This document shows positions 9,505 to 19,325 of a stretch of 64,000 nucleotides of DNA, in pieces. A program made the position numbers and the translations under genes. Each line of letters begins with the position of its first letter. Positions within the stretch are counted from its first letter, which is position 1. The stretch comes from Planctomycetota bacterium (GTDB lineage Bacteria; Planctomycetota; UBA1135; JACQFD01), in assembly GCA_046160785.1 (NCBI GenBank), contig JBJXHE010000112.1:77016-141015 (forward strand). The letters are read 5' to 3'. The notes below the pieces were generated by a model. The model did not search any database, was not told where the DNA came from, and saw only the letters and a list, made by a program, of their open reading frames with translations.

Positions 9505-9654
9505 ACGCGCCGTGGTCACGCGTGCTCGCGCGCATAACCGTGGCGCCCGAGTAATAATTGATACAAACGCGTCTGGACCACTGCCGCGCCCGGCATTACG
9601 CCACGCCTTCTTCCGCGCACTGATGCGCGCTGCGCACGCATGACCACGGCGCGT
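9505..9654 (+). repeat. 150-bp GC-rich palindromic intergenic element, copy 1 (candidate structured RNA or MITE/REP-like element)
   Basis: The 14-bp terminal arms acgcgccgtggtca (9505-9518) and tgaccacggcgcgt (9641-9654) are perfectly complementary. Pairing continues inward to about 28 bp. Three internal blocks match the second copy at 36884-37033 in inverted orientation. Confidence 0.7.
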
Positions 9655-9701
9655 ATCTTGATACTTGTTAATCATCCCGTCCGTAATAAACTATCCGCCC
9701 G

Positions 9702-11951
9702 ATGACCATCGCGAATATTACTGATACGCAATCTCTGGCGCCTCTCGACCGGCTCGCCGAGATCTGCGGCATTGAAGCTAACTACGCCGACGTCGAAGGC
9801 AAGATTCATACTATTTCCGCGGAGACAAAATTAAGAATCCTCGCTGCGATGGGCCTCGACGTGGCGGACGAACGCGCCATCGAGTCAACCTTACAATTAG
9901 AACTGAACAAAGAATGGTTGTCGCTTGTAACAAAAACAACGGTTTCGCGCGGCGGCGACTGCGCCAAACTTATATTTTATGTTAGAATTGATTTGATAGA
10001 ACAACTTCATGGGCGCGTGTTCGCCCGGTTGCGCGCGGAAAATGGCGGCATCACGCCGCTCGATTTTACAAATGCACGTGAGAGCCGCTCGCGGCGGATC
10101 GGCGGAATCAATATCATTCAAATCGAAGTGGACGCGCCGCCGCTCGCTCCCGGGATTTATGATATTGAATGCTTCGAATGCGGCCGTTTTCCGCGCACGG
10201 AGGCCGGGCGCCTTTTTGTAGCCCCGGAGTATTGTTATCTTCCGCCGTCGGTTCTGGCAGGAAAGCGATTGTTAGGATTTTCCGTTCAACTCTACTCGCT
10301 GGTCGATGAGTCGGGTTTCGGCGCCGGCACGTACCGCGGCGCCGGAGAATTAGCATCGCAGCTTTCGTTAAAGTTCGGAGCTGATTTATTAGGTTTGTCG
10401 CCCGTTCACATCACGCCCAATCGCGATCCGCACGACGTGAGCCCGTATTGTCCGATTTCGCGAGTATGGCGAAATCCCGTTTATCTTAATATTATCAATT
10501 TACAACCGGTCCGCGAATCTCCGCGCGCCCAGCAATTATTACAACAGAAAGAAACGTTACAAACCATCGCCGCTCTCCGCTCCGCGGCCGCAGTGCCCTA
10601 TGAAACGTCGGCGCGTCTGAAGCTGCAAATCCTGCGCGAAACGTACGCGGATTTTATTGAATTGCAGATCTCCGCTCCTTCGGACACCGGGCGGGAATTC
10701 CAACAATTCGTCGAACGCGGCGGCGAAGACTTACATAAATTTGCAACGTTCATGTCGCTGCGCGATCATTACATTTCACAGGATCCGGCGCTTGCGTATT
10801 GGAAGCATTGGCCGGCCGGGCACGCCGATTCGAATAGTAGCGAAGTCCGCGAGTTTCAACAGAAACAATCCTATCAAATCGGATTTCATTGCTTTGTGCA
10901 ATGGCTGTGCGAGCGGGAATTGTTAGAAGCGCAGGCGCTCGCGCGCGCGTCTGGCATGGAAGCGGGGTTTTATCATGATCTCGCGGTCGGAAGTTCGGGC
11001 GGCGGCGCCGAAGCCTGGGCGGAGCCCGAAGTTTTTATTAGCGATGCGGAAGCGGGCGCGCCACCGGATGTTTTTCAAAAAAACGGGCAGTCGTGGGGAG
11101 TATTACCATTAAATCCGCGCGCGCTGCGCGAGAAATGTTATGAACCTTTTATTAAACTTGTCCGCTCGGCGATGCTCTGCGGCGGCGCGGTGCGCCTCGA
11201 CCACGTGATGGGCCTCTGGCGGCTTTGGTGGGTGCCGCGCGGGCGGCCCGCGACGGAAGGCGCCTATGTGAAATATCCAATTGACGATTTATTAGCAATC
11301 ATCGCACTCGAAAGCTACAGATCCCGCGCGCTCGTCGTCGGCGAAGACCTCGGAACTGTAGCGCCCGGCGTGCGCGAGCGCATGGAACGCGAGAGAATTC
11401 TCGGATGCCGTCTTGCGCTTTTTGAGCGAACGGACGGCGCCGGATTTCAACCGCCGAAAAACTACAGTTATCTTTCTGTAGCATCCTTCGGCACGCACGA
11501 TTTGCCGACTCTCGCGGGATGGTGGCTCGGTCTCGATCTAACCATTCGATCGCGTTTGAAACAATTCCGTTCCGCAAGGGAGGAAGCGGAATCCATCGAA
11601 CGGCGCGCCGGCGAACGCTCAGGCCTTTTGCGCGAAATGCAACAATCCGGAATTGATATTACCGAAATCGAATCGCTCCCGTTCGACGATCCGCGCGCCG
11701 TTTCATTATTTATCAATATTTTTCACGCGTGGCTCGCGCGGGCGAATTCCGCAATTGTACTTATCAGCCTCGACGACGCTCTCGGCGAAACGGCGCAGCG
11801 CAATGTGCCCGGCACGCTCTCTGAGTATCCCAACTGGCGCGGAAAACTAACAAAAGCGCCGGAGACCGTGAATATTACTTTACCGGCAATTCAAAATCGG
11901 GGGCGCGCACCGGCGAACGCCGTTTTAAACAATAAGGCAAGTGTATTGTAA
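9702..11951 (+). CDS. malQ: 4-alpha-glucanotransferase (amylomaltase, GH77) with a ~200 aa N-terminal extension
   Basis: 749 aa. GH77-like segments LLGLSPVHITPN...SPYCPISRVWRNPVYLNI, VRLDHVMGLWRLWWVP, VVGEDLGTV, SFGTHDLPTLAGWW, NVPGT..EYPNWRGKL. Confidence 0.9.
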   Translation: MTIANITDTQSLAPLDRLAEICGIEANYADVEGKIHTISAETKLRILAAMGLDVADERAIESTLQLELNKEWLSLVTKTTVSRGGDCAKLIFYVRIDLIEQLHGRVFARLRAENGGITPLDFTNARESRSRRIGGINIIQIEVDAPPLAPGIYDIECFECGRFPRTEAGRLFVAPEYCYLPPSVLAGKRLLGFSVQLYSLVDESGFGAGTYRGAGELASQLSLKFGADLLGLSPVHITPNRDPHDVSPYCPISRVWRNPVYLNIINLQPVRESPRAQQLLQQKETLQTIAALRSAAAVPYETSARLKLQILRETYADFIELQISAPSDTGREFQQFVERGGEDLHKFATFMSLRDHYISQDPALAYWKHWPAGHADSNSSEVREFQQKQSYQIGFHCFVQWLCERELLEAQALARASGMEAGFYHDLAVGSSGGGAEAWAEPEVFISDAEAGAPPDVFQKNGQSWGVLPLNPRALREKCYEPFIKLVRSAMLCGGAVRLDHVMGLWRLWWVPRGRPATEGAYVKYPIDDLLAIIALESYRSRALVVGEDLGTVAPGVRERMERERILGCRLALFERTDGAGFQPPKNYSYLSVASFGTHDLPTLAGWWLGLDLTIRSRLKQFRSAREEAESIERRAGERSGLLREMQQSGIDITEIESLPFDDPRAVSLFINIFHAWLARANSAIVLISLDDALGETAQRNVPGTLSEYPNWRGKLTKAPETVNITLPAIQNRGRAPANAVLNNKASVL

Positions 11952-12810
11952 ACGCGGCGAGAGTCGCGCGGATTACGATCCACCAGCCCCACGGCGTTTT
12001 ATTAATATTTTCGAGTGCGCCGATCGTGCCCGTCGCGTCGGCGAAACCGCCTTTCGGTTTCGACATTTGTTGTTTCAAGAATTTGAACGGAAATGTTAGC
12101 AAGTCTCCGAGCGGAACGTGCTTGATTGCATACATCCAAAAATTGCGAGTGTGAAAATAAATCGAACGTTTGCCTTTGCGCTGGCCCCACGGATTTTTGT
12201 GATAAGTAACAACAGCCGGATACTGCTTCACGCGGTAGCCGAGCCCGAGAATCCGCGAGGCGAGGTCGCGCTCGTTGCCATAAATAAAGAATCGCTCATC
12301 ATAATAACCCGCTTTTGCTAATATATCTGTTTTCGCGAGCGTGCCGCAGCCGCGAAACGTCGCCATGAACCGTTCGCGATTGACGGCTTCCGAATTAATT
12401 AATGAATCGGGCATGCCGGGTTCGACGACTTTTGTAGACAGCATCGCGGTCGTCGCCGGCTCCGTTTTAAATTTAGCAATGAGCATCGCGAGCCAGTCGG
12501 GCGGCAGTTCGACGTCGTCGTCGAGAATTGCAGTAAACTCCGTGCGCGCGCAAGCAAATCCAATATTAAATGTTTCGCACGCGCCGTAGTTCGAGTGGGG
12601 CATCACGATCGCCGTCGCCTCGGGAAATTCCGATGCTAACATTTCGACGGTTCCGTCGGTCGAATGATTATCAACAATAATAATATCTTGAAATGGAACG
12701 GTCTGCGCGCGCAATGACAACAAATTCGCGCGCACGACGTCTTTACGATTCCACGACGTGAGAACGGCCGTCGCGCCCGGGCGCAACGCTTGCGGTTGCA
12801 TCGCGCTCAA
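11875..12810 (-). CDS. GT2-family glycosyltransferase
   Basis: 311 aa. TAVLTSWNRKDVVRANLLSLRAQTVPFQDIIIVDNHSTDGT and LDDDV (DxD). The track start is TTG at 12810; the ATG at 12801 is an alternative. The 3' end overlaps malQ convergently by 77 nt. Confidence 0.8.
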   Translation of the reverse strand: MSAMQPQALRPGATAVLTSWNRKDVVRANLLSLRAQTVPFQDIIIVDNHSTDGTVEMLASEFPEATAIVMPHSNYGACETFNIGFACARTEFTAILDDDVELPPDWLAMLIAKFKTEPATTAMLSTKVVEPGMPDSLINSEAVNRERFMATFRGCGTLAKTDILAKAGYYDERFFIYGNERDLASRILGLGYRVKQYPAVVTYHKNPWGQRKGKRSIYFHTRNFWMYAIKHVPLGDLLTFPFKFLKQQMSKPKGGFADATGTIGALENINKTPWGWWIVIRATLAAFTIHLPYCLKRRSPVRAPDFELPVK

Positions 12811-13607
12811 GCAGATTCTCCCGCCGCTCGCGGAAATAACAATTGTTGGACGCCGCGAATTCTCGCCGCATGATCCCGCAAATCCGCGCCCGTCATCGAT
12901 AAGTAACTTTCACAATCCGTGATGCCGGCCGAATCCGGAATGTTAATCGTTCGCACGGAATCCATCGCGCGCGACATTTTTACTAAATTCTTAAACGCGA
13001 CCTGGCTTTTATAACATTCAAGCGCGCGATCCTTTAATTCGCGATATTGTGATATATCATAAAGCTCGTTCGCGGGAACCGCCGTGTTAACGCCGTAAAT
13101 CATAATTTTAAGATTCGGACGCGCTGCGGCCGCGAGCGTCGCGGCTTCGGCGGCCGCCAGATGATCGGCGTGGCATTCGAGCAATGACGGAATGTAAATA
13201 ATTTCCGCGTTCGCATGTTCGAGAGTCGCGAGGATCGCGCCCGACAATTCATGCGTCTCGTCGAGGCGCCCGTCGGGGAAGCCGTAAAAAATGAGCCTTC
13301 GAACGCCGAGCACCGACATCGCCGCGCGCGCCTCATCGCGGCGAATGGATGCAAGATCGCGCGTCGCGCCGGTCGGGTCGCCCGCGGCGCCGTCGGATAA
13401 GTAAACAATTGCTGGGTCGTCGCCGCGCGCCGCGTGGAATGCAACAAGTCCGCCGCAACCAAGCACTTCGTCGTCCGGGTGGGGCGCGAAAACGACGGCG
13501 TGCCGCGGCAAACGGCTGGGGTCGGCGAGCGGTGGAAAGAAATGTGGCATTGGGTCTTCCATCGTCGGAATTCGGGGCGGCGATCGCAAGTCGCGAGGCG
13601 CGAACAA
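12807..13607 (-). CDS. PIG-L/LmbE-family N-acetylglucosaminyl deacetylase
   Basis: 266 aa. VVFAPHPDDEVLGCGG is the PIG-L signature, and ...HADH follows later. The start is uncertain; MEDPMPHFF is an alternative. Confidence 0.8.
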   Translation of the reverse strand: MFAPRDLRSPPRIPTMEDPMPHFFPPLADPSRLPRHAVVFAPHPDDEVLGCGGLVAFHAARGDDPAIVYLSDGAAGDPTGATRDLASIRRDEARAAMSVLGVRRLIFYGFPDGRLDETHELSGAILATLEHANAEIIYIPSLLECHADHLAAAEAATLAAAARPNLKIMIYGVNTAVPANELYDISQYRELKDRALECYKSQVAFKNLVKMSRAMDSVRTINIPDSAGITDCESYLSMTGADLRDHAARIRGVQQLLFPRAAGESA

Positions 13608-13784
13608 AGCCTCCGGCTCGCTTCAGAAATCATAACAATTTGCCCGATACACGGCACATACATCCTACCCCCGCGCAAGCGCGAACGCGGCCGAATTGTT
13701 ATTGATCGTTTTTGTAAATATTAACGAAAGACGGCAAACAAACGCACAGCCTCGCACGCTCGCAATTCATCGACGATAACCCCC

Positions 13785-16199
13785 GTGCTGCCGCAATCTA
13801 TTCATTTCATACGGTCCGCGCCTCTGCAAACCCGTATTTGTGCAATTGTCGTTGCACTCATTACGCTCGCTATTGTTACTTGCTCAGGAGTAATGATCAT
13901 AAAGCGTCATTCCGCGCTGCGAGCCCAAATGCAAGAAAACTGTCTTGCAACAATAAAAACGGCGGCGATCGCCGCATCGCCGAAGCTCGCGTGGGACTCG
14001 GCCTCTTCATTACAAAATCTCATTTCCGCGGTTGTTGAGGCCCAGCGCGATATTGCCTATGCTATTGTGACGAACCGGGACGGACTCGTCATCGCCGATT
14101 CTCGATTTGATACGATTTCAAATGATATTATCATTTCCGGACTTTCAGCGCCTCCGCTTGAAGCGTCCGTATCCGAAGTCCGTGATATTCATGATGCAAG
14201 ATCGTTAGAAATAACAGTTCCGATCCAAGTCGGCGCCGATTCCTGGGGCGCAATACGCGCCTACGCTCCGCTTGAACGCCTCGACGCCGCCACTCGCGCG
14301 GAAATATTAAATGTTTTGCTTGTTAGTTTTGCATTGTTATGCATCGGGATCGCGGGAGCCGTCTGGCTCGCGCGTTCTGTAGCTTTGCCAGTCGAGCGGC
14401 TTGCATTTGTAGCGTCGCGGGTAGCACTCGGAGATCTTACAGTTCGCGCAAATCTAAACGCCCGTGACGAAGTTGGAGTGTTAGCAACAACATTTGATCA
14501 CATGGTCGAAGAGCTTGAAGCGTCGCGCGCCGCCGCGGAACGCCGCTCGGCGACGCTCGAAGATGACGTTAAGAAACGCACTCTCGAAATTGAAGAACAA
14601 ACGCAAATGTTACAAAACCGCGAGGCGCTGCTGCGCGCGACAGCCGAAAATTCCAATCTTGGCTTCCTCGTGGTGGACGACCGGACGAGCGAGATACTTT
14701 ATGTTAATAAGCGATTCTGCGAGATGCTCCACCGCGAAAATATTGAATCGAGCCTTCGTAACAATGCAATTCTTTTTATTGAGATTTTGGAAGCGTCCTC
14801 GCGCCTGTTCGTCGATCCCGCGCAATTCTTACAAATCGTGGAGCGACTCCATCACGAGGAATTTACACGAACTGTAGAAATGGATTTGAAGTGTTCCGAC
14901 GGCCGCGCCTTCCGCATGCTCTCCGCTCAACTTCGCACCGAGAATGGAATGTACGTCGGGCGCATGTATCTATTCGATGATATTACAGAACGAAAGCAAA
15001 CGGAAGAATTATTAGCTTCGGCACGCGATGAGGCCGTGGCACTCTCACAAGCAAAGTCGGAATTTCTAGCAAATATGAGCCACGAGATTCGAACGCCGAT
15101 GAACGGAGTGCTCGGCCTTACGGAATTATTATTAGATACGGACGTTGACTCACAACAGAAATCCTATCTCGAACAAGTACGCGGGTCGGGCGAGTTGCTG
15201 CTCGGCCTCATTAATGATATTTTGGATCTTTCGAAAATCGAAGCTGGCAAGCTTGCATTTGAATCAATTCCCTTTTCTGTTAAGTCCGAGATCGAGCGAT
15301 CCATTCGAGTCGTCGAACCAGCGGCCAAAGACAAAGGCATCTTTATTAAATATCAAATCGACGGCGCCGTGCCGGCGCAGCTCGCCGGAGATCCCGCGAG
15401 GCTGGGGCAGGTGCTTCTCAATTTTCTTAGCAATGCGGTTAAATTTACATCGCGGGGTGGAATTGATATCACGGTTAAATTGATCGAGCGCAAAGCCGAA
15501 TTAACTAATATACAATTCTCCGTTCGCGACACGGGCATCGGAATTCCCGCGGAACAGCACGAACGTATCTTCGATCCATTCCGGCAAGCCGACGGATCGA
15601 CTACGCGCAAATACGGCGGAACGGGCCTTGGCTTGGCTATTTGTAAGAATTTAATACAAATGATGAACGGGTGCGTTTGGGTCGAAAGCGCTCCCGGGAA
15701 GGGATCGACCTTTCATTTTACAGTACAACTGCCGGTTCCCGCTTTGTCCGAAGCTACAGTTCCAAATCTAATAAATACCCCGCTGGCGGCGCTTCCGAGC
15801 GATTCTCGTTCATTACAGATATTGGTTGCAGAGGATAATCATATCAATCAGACCGTGGTTCGCAGTTTCTTAGAAAAGCGCGGCTGGCACGTCACGGTCG
15901 TGGAGAATGGCCATGAAGCCGTCGCTCACGCCGGGGAGAATCGTTACGATGTGATTCTGATGGACGTGCAAATGCCGGAGCTCGACGGATTTGATGCAAC
16001 AAAACAAATACGCGAGCGCGAGCGAGAATTGAATACTTATACTCCGATTATTGCATTAACCGCAAATGCCATGAAAGGCGACCGAGAACAGTGTCTGGCG
16101 GCGGGAATGGACGATTATTTAGCAAAGCCGATTCAATCCGCGACGCTCTATGAAGTGATCGAAGGCGCCGTGCGACTTAACAAAAAGCCCTTATCTTAG
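13785..16199 (+). CDS. Hybrid sensor histidine kinase/response regulator (TM-sensor, HAMP, PAS, HisKA, HATPase_c, REC)
   Basis: 804 aa. H-box [16 protein letters not shown]; N/G boxes [22 protein letters not shown]. Receiver domain [11 protein letters not shown]...[13 protein letters not shown]...LTANAMKGD. Confidence 0.9.
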   Translation: MLPQSIHFIRSAPLQTRICAIVVALITLAIVTCSGVMIIKRHSALRAQMQENCLATIKTAAIAASPKLAWDSASSLQNLISAVVEAQRDIAYAIVTNRDGLVIADSRFDTISNDIIISGLSAPPLEASVSEVRDIHDARSLEITVPIQVGADSWGAIRAYAPLERLDAATRAEILNVLLVSFALLCIGIAGAVWLARSVALPVERLAFVASRVALGDLTVRANLNARDEVGVLATTFDHMVEELEASRAAAERRSATLEDDVKKRTLEIEEQTQMLQNREALLRATAENSNLGFLVVDDRTSEILYVNKRFCEMLHRENIESSLRNNAILFIEILEASSRLFVDPAQFLQIVERLHHEEFTRTVEMDLKCSDGRAFRMLSAQLRTENGMYVGRMYLFDDITERKQTEELLASARDEAVALSQAKSEFLANMSHEIRTPMNGVLGLTELLLDTDVDSQQKSYLEQVRGSGELLLGLINDILDLSKIEAGKLAFESIPFSVKSEIERSIRVVEPAAKDKGIFIKYQIDGAVPAQLAGDPARLGQVLLNFLSNAVKFTSRGGIDITVKLIERKAELTNIQFSVRDTGIGIPAEQHERIFDPFRQADGSTTRKYGGTGLGLAICKNLIQMMNGCVWVESAPGKGSTFHFTVQLPVPALSEATVPNLINTPLAALPSDSRSLQILVAEDNHINQTVVRSFLEKRGWHVTVVENGHEAVAHAGENRYDVILMDVQMPELDGFDATKQIRERERELNTYTPIIALTANAMKGDREQCLAAGMDDYLAKPIQSATLYEVIEGAVRLNKKPLS

Positions 16200-16363
16200 C
16201 AGGGTGCTAAAAAACTCCTCCAATCTGCGCGCGGATCTTTTTTGTAACATCTTCGTCAGCCCGGTCTCTACGTAAGTCATCACTACGCCTCAACCGTGCT
16301 TCCTCAATCTTACAAAAAATCTCTCGCGCTCGCTTTGGGGCGGACTTTTTCAGCACCCTGCTA
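16197..16363. repeat. 167-bp imperfect palindrome between convergent genes; possible bidirectional terminator or MITE-like insertion
   Basis: The outer arms tagcagggtgctaaaaaactcc (16197-16218) and ggactttttcagcaccctgcta (16342-16363) are complementary at 20 of 22 positions. An inner pair, gatcttttttgtaa (16234-16247) and ttacaaaaaatctc (16310-16323), matches at 12 of 14. A small hairpin atctgcgcgcggat followed by cttttttg sits on the plus strand. Confidence 0.6.
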
Positions 16364-17591
16364 GTGCGGCGACGAGCGCGTCGATTTGATCAATGGCGTG
16401 TTCGATCGTGTGGCGTTTTGTAATAACAGCAGCCCGATAATTTACAAGTTTGGCCGGTTCGTCCAAAAGTTGTTGTATTTCGGCCGCCCACGCTTCTGGA
16501 GATTCGGCCGCCAAAACCGCGCCCGCGCCGTTCGCGCGTTCGCGCAGCGCGCCGCGATTAGATACTAATACTGGCAAACCCGCCGCGAGCGCTTCGTCGA
16601 CGACCAATCCATAACTTTCCGGGGCGCGGCTCGGAAACGCCGCCACGTCGCTCGCAACAACTCGATCATAAATATTACGAAAACTTCGATACCCGCCGTG
16701 CCAGCGGATTTCGACCTGCGGACAGATCCCTCGAACTTTGTCTACAAATCCCGCGGCGAGCTCTTCGCCGTACAAATCTAAAATAATAGATTGTGGATGA
16801 TTCAGCATCGTGAACGCCCGAGCCAAATCTTCAATTCCTTTCTCAGGTACGAGATTGCCAAAATGCACAATTCTTAACTTTCCCGGTTCGGCGGGTCCGA
16901 GCCGCCGCGGCGGATCCGGCAAATCGGAATCTAACAATCCATGGGGAACGATTTGTATATTTAACGGCAGGTCCGAAAAGTAGCTTTCAATGGTATCCGC
17001 GTGCGAACGCGACGGCGCGATGCGCAAATCCGCCGCGCACAATTCGAAACGCGCGGCCTCCGTGTAGTGATCCACCCAATTCTTAACATTTTCCAATTCC
17101 CACGGAAGATCGAGTCGCGCGCACGGCGTACACGCGCCGCGATCAACGCCGGACGGGCATACAATTCCGCGCGGCGGAATTCTAAAGAAACGCGGGCACG
17201 AAACCCACAAATCATGCAAAAACATAACTACTTTTGCACCGCGATCCACCGCCGCGCGCACAAGATCTAATGATAATGTTGCGCCGTGATGCCATTCTAC
17301 AATTTGCGGCCGAACTGTATTAAATATTCTTTCAAAATCAGCGCGGATGCGCGGGCGCAGAAAAATTTCGCCTGTTTCATTTCGCGCTCGAATCATTGTA
17401 TGAATTGCAAGATTCGGTTCGCCGCGCGACTCCGTTTCGCCCGCGTCGGCGAAACGTTCCGATCCCGCAATCATAACAATTTCTTCTCCGCGCCGAATGC
17501 GCGCGCGGACCATCGCGTCGACAACGCGTTCCGTTCCGCCGAGAAATTCCGCCGGATCGTGCGGCGCGATGATAAGGCGTTTTGTAGTCAT
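16350..17591 (-). CDS. GT4-family glycosyltransferase
   Basis: 413 aa. RLIIAPHDPAEFLGGTERVVDAMVRARIRRGEEIVMIAGS; AAFPSRAPESYGLVVDEALAAGLPVLVSNRGAL. Confidence 0.85.
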   Translation of the reverse strand: MTTKRLIIAPHDPAEFLGGTERVVDAMVRARIRRGEEIVMIAGSERFADAGETESRGEPNLAIHTMIRARNETGEIFLRPRIRADFERIFNTVRPQIVEWHHGATLSLDLVRAAVDRGAKVVMFLHDLWVSCPRFFRIPPRGIVCPSGVDRGACTPCARLDLPWELENVKNWVDHYTEAARFELCAADLRIAPSRSHADTIESYFSDLPLNIQIVPHGLLDSDLPDPPRRLGPAEPGKLRIVHFGNLVPEKGIEDLARAFTMLNHPQSIILDLYGEELAAGFVDKVRGICPQVEIRWHGGYRSFRNIYDRVVASDVAAFPSRAPESYGLVVDEALAAGLPVLVSNRGALRERANGAGAVLAAESPEAWAAEIQQLLDEPAKLVNYRAAVITKRHTIEHAIDQIDALVAALAGC

Positions 17592-18620
17592 TTAGTTGTT
17601 ATGTTTTATGATAACACCATCGCGCGCAATCTTTACAGGAATGATTCGAAAACCGCGCGCGCGCATTGCTGAAATCACCGATGCGCGCCGGTCCGGTTCT
17701 GTAAAGATTGCAACGCATCCGCCGCCGCCTGCCCCACACGGTTTGCCGCAGCGCGCTCCGGCTTCAACCGCTGCGTCGATGGCGGCGCCGACGCCTCCAT
17801 CATAAATACACGGATCGAGGTCTCGCAAAATCGCGGCGTGTTTACAAATACTTTCAATTGTATCATCTATCCATTCGCGTCTGATCGAGCGGGCGGCGTC
17901 GCGCGCCCTGGCGGCCATCTCTTCGAGGCGAAGAATCGTAGCGTTGTCTCTTCTAACAATTTTCGCAGCGACGCGCGCGATCCTCGCCGAGCTCGCCCGC
18001 GGAACGTCTAAATCAACAAGTAACATTCGACGCTCCAGACTCTTGATAAATTCATCGGATGTAAATAATTTCCGAGCGCGGCCGGCGCGTCCGCCTTTTA
18101 CAAATGATATAGCTAATATTCCGCCGTGCGCCGCCGCGATCGGATCCTGCCCTCCACCGATATGTTGCAATTCATCCACTTCGATTTCTCGTGCGCGCTT
18201 TGCTAAGAATACAGCGCGCGCGTCCAATCCTGCGAGCGTGCGAACCGCGGCTTGCGCGGCGACGAGCGCGGCTCCCGACGTTCCAAGCCCCGAAGAGGGC
18301 GGGCCTCCGGAACGGATTGTTAGTTTAATATTGTCCAATCCTGCATCGCGAACGCACACGACAAACGGCGCCAGCGGATCGTCGGGTTCCACAGCCTCGT
18401 TTTTATGATATATCTTTTTAATCCAGTCGCGCGGCGCGCGGCGCAGACGAATATCCATTCCCCTGCTTCCGGCTGCCGCGCGCGCCATGGCGAATTGTTG
18501 TATCGCAACGTTGACTACAAAACCTCCCCTTTCCTCGCAAAACGGCGGAACATCCGAAAAGCCGCCCGCAAGATCGACGCGCAACGGCGCTGTTGCTACA
18601 ATTGAGACGCGGCCGTCCAC
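17592..18620 (-). CDS. GHMP-family sugar kinase (HddA/fucokinase-like)
   Basis: 342 aa. APLRVDLAGGFSDVPPFCEERGGFVVNVAIQ resembles the N-terminus of heptose-7-P / fucose kinases. GHMP motif II is PPSSGLGTSGALVAA. Confidence 0.75.
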   Translation of the reverse strand: MDGRVSIVATAPLRVDLAGGFSDVPPFCEERGGFVVNVAIQQFAMARAAAGSRGMDIRLRRAPRDWIKKIYHKNEAVEPDDPLAPFVVCVRDAGLDNIKLTIRSGGPPSSGLGTSGAALVAAQAAVRTLAGLDARAVFLAKRAREIEVDELQHIGGGQDPIAAAHGGILAISFVKGGRAGRARKLFTSDEFIKSLERRMLLVDLDVPRASSARIARVAAKIVRRDNATILRLEEMAARARDAARSIRREWIDDTIESICKHAAILRDLDPCIYDGGVGAAIDAAVEAGARCGKPCGAGGGGCVAIFTEPDRRASVISAMRARGFRIIPVKIARDGVIIKHNN

Positions 18621-19300
18621 GTTACGTATCCTTCGCCGTAACGCGATCCTTTTGGTAAGAATAGCGAACGCGCAGCGTTGAGTCCGAAAATGAGATGATC
18701 GAGCGGCGTGCTTTCAAGCTGCGACGGGAATTGTTGTAATGCCGATCGTTTACAATCCGCGACCGCAGTTATATCTAAAACGACATCGACGGGCGCAGGG
18801 CAGTACACTTCATAACCATAACAAATACCGCGAAAATCGAGCGCGCGCAGTGCCATCCGTGTCATTTCACCGACGGCCGCGTGATCCGTGTTTCCCTCGC
18901 CGACCCATGGCGCATATACAATATCCGGCGGATCCAATTTTAACCATTCGAGAATGCGCGCCGAAATAAAGTTCATATCATTTTCCGTAATGACACAACT
19001 ATCGGGAAAATCCCAAAATGTATAATCCAAAACTCCCATCACTTTGCCCGCTTCAACCGACTCGCGCCGTCGCATTGCTACATATTCACTCGGCTGCCAC
19101 CTATGATTACAATCTCCCGCGCGGCCGTCGGTAATGACTAATACGCGGACGGGATCGCCCGCCAGGCGATGCAAAATCGCGGCTCCTCCGCAACCGATCG
19201 CTTCGTCGTCGGGGTGCGGCGCAATCACTACAACTTTTCCGCGCGGAGTTTTTTCAAGCGCCTTCGGAGTCGGGAATGGCAGAGGAACGGGTTCGTGCAT
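18596..19300 (-). CDS. PIG-L/LmbE-family deacetylase
   Basis: VVVIAPHPDDEAIGCGG signature and a ...TDH motif. I place the start at the internal ATG (MHEPVPLPF, 19300), which avoids overlap with the upstream GT2. The track ORF extends to 19405. Confidence 0.8.
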   Translation of the reverse strand: MHEPVPLPFPTPKALEKTPRGKVVVIAPHPDDEAIGCGGAAILHRLAGDPVRVLVITDGRAGDCNHRWQPSEYVAMRRRESVEAGKVMGVLDYTFWDFPDSCVITENDMNFISARILEWLKLDPPDIVYAPWVGEGNTDHAAVGEMTRMALRALDFRGICYGYEVYCPAPVDVVLDITAVADCKRSALQQFPSQLESTPLDHLIFGLNAARSLFLPKGSRYGEGYVTWTAASQL

Positions 19301-19325
19301 TATAAGAATAATTTTTTTCCGATAT

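Noticed and set aside
13100-13724. A 192-aa minus-strand ORF and 96-118-aa plus-strand ORFs overlapping the PIG-L gene and its upstream region.
   Set aside because: The PIG-L frame carries the PHPDDEVLGCGG signature. The others are Arg-rich off-frame products.
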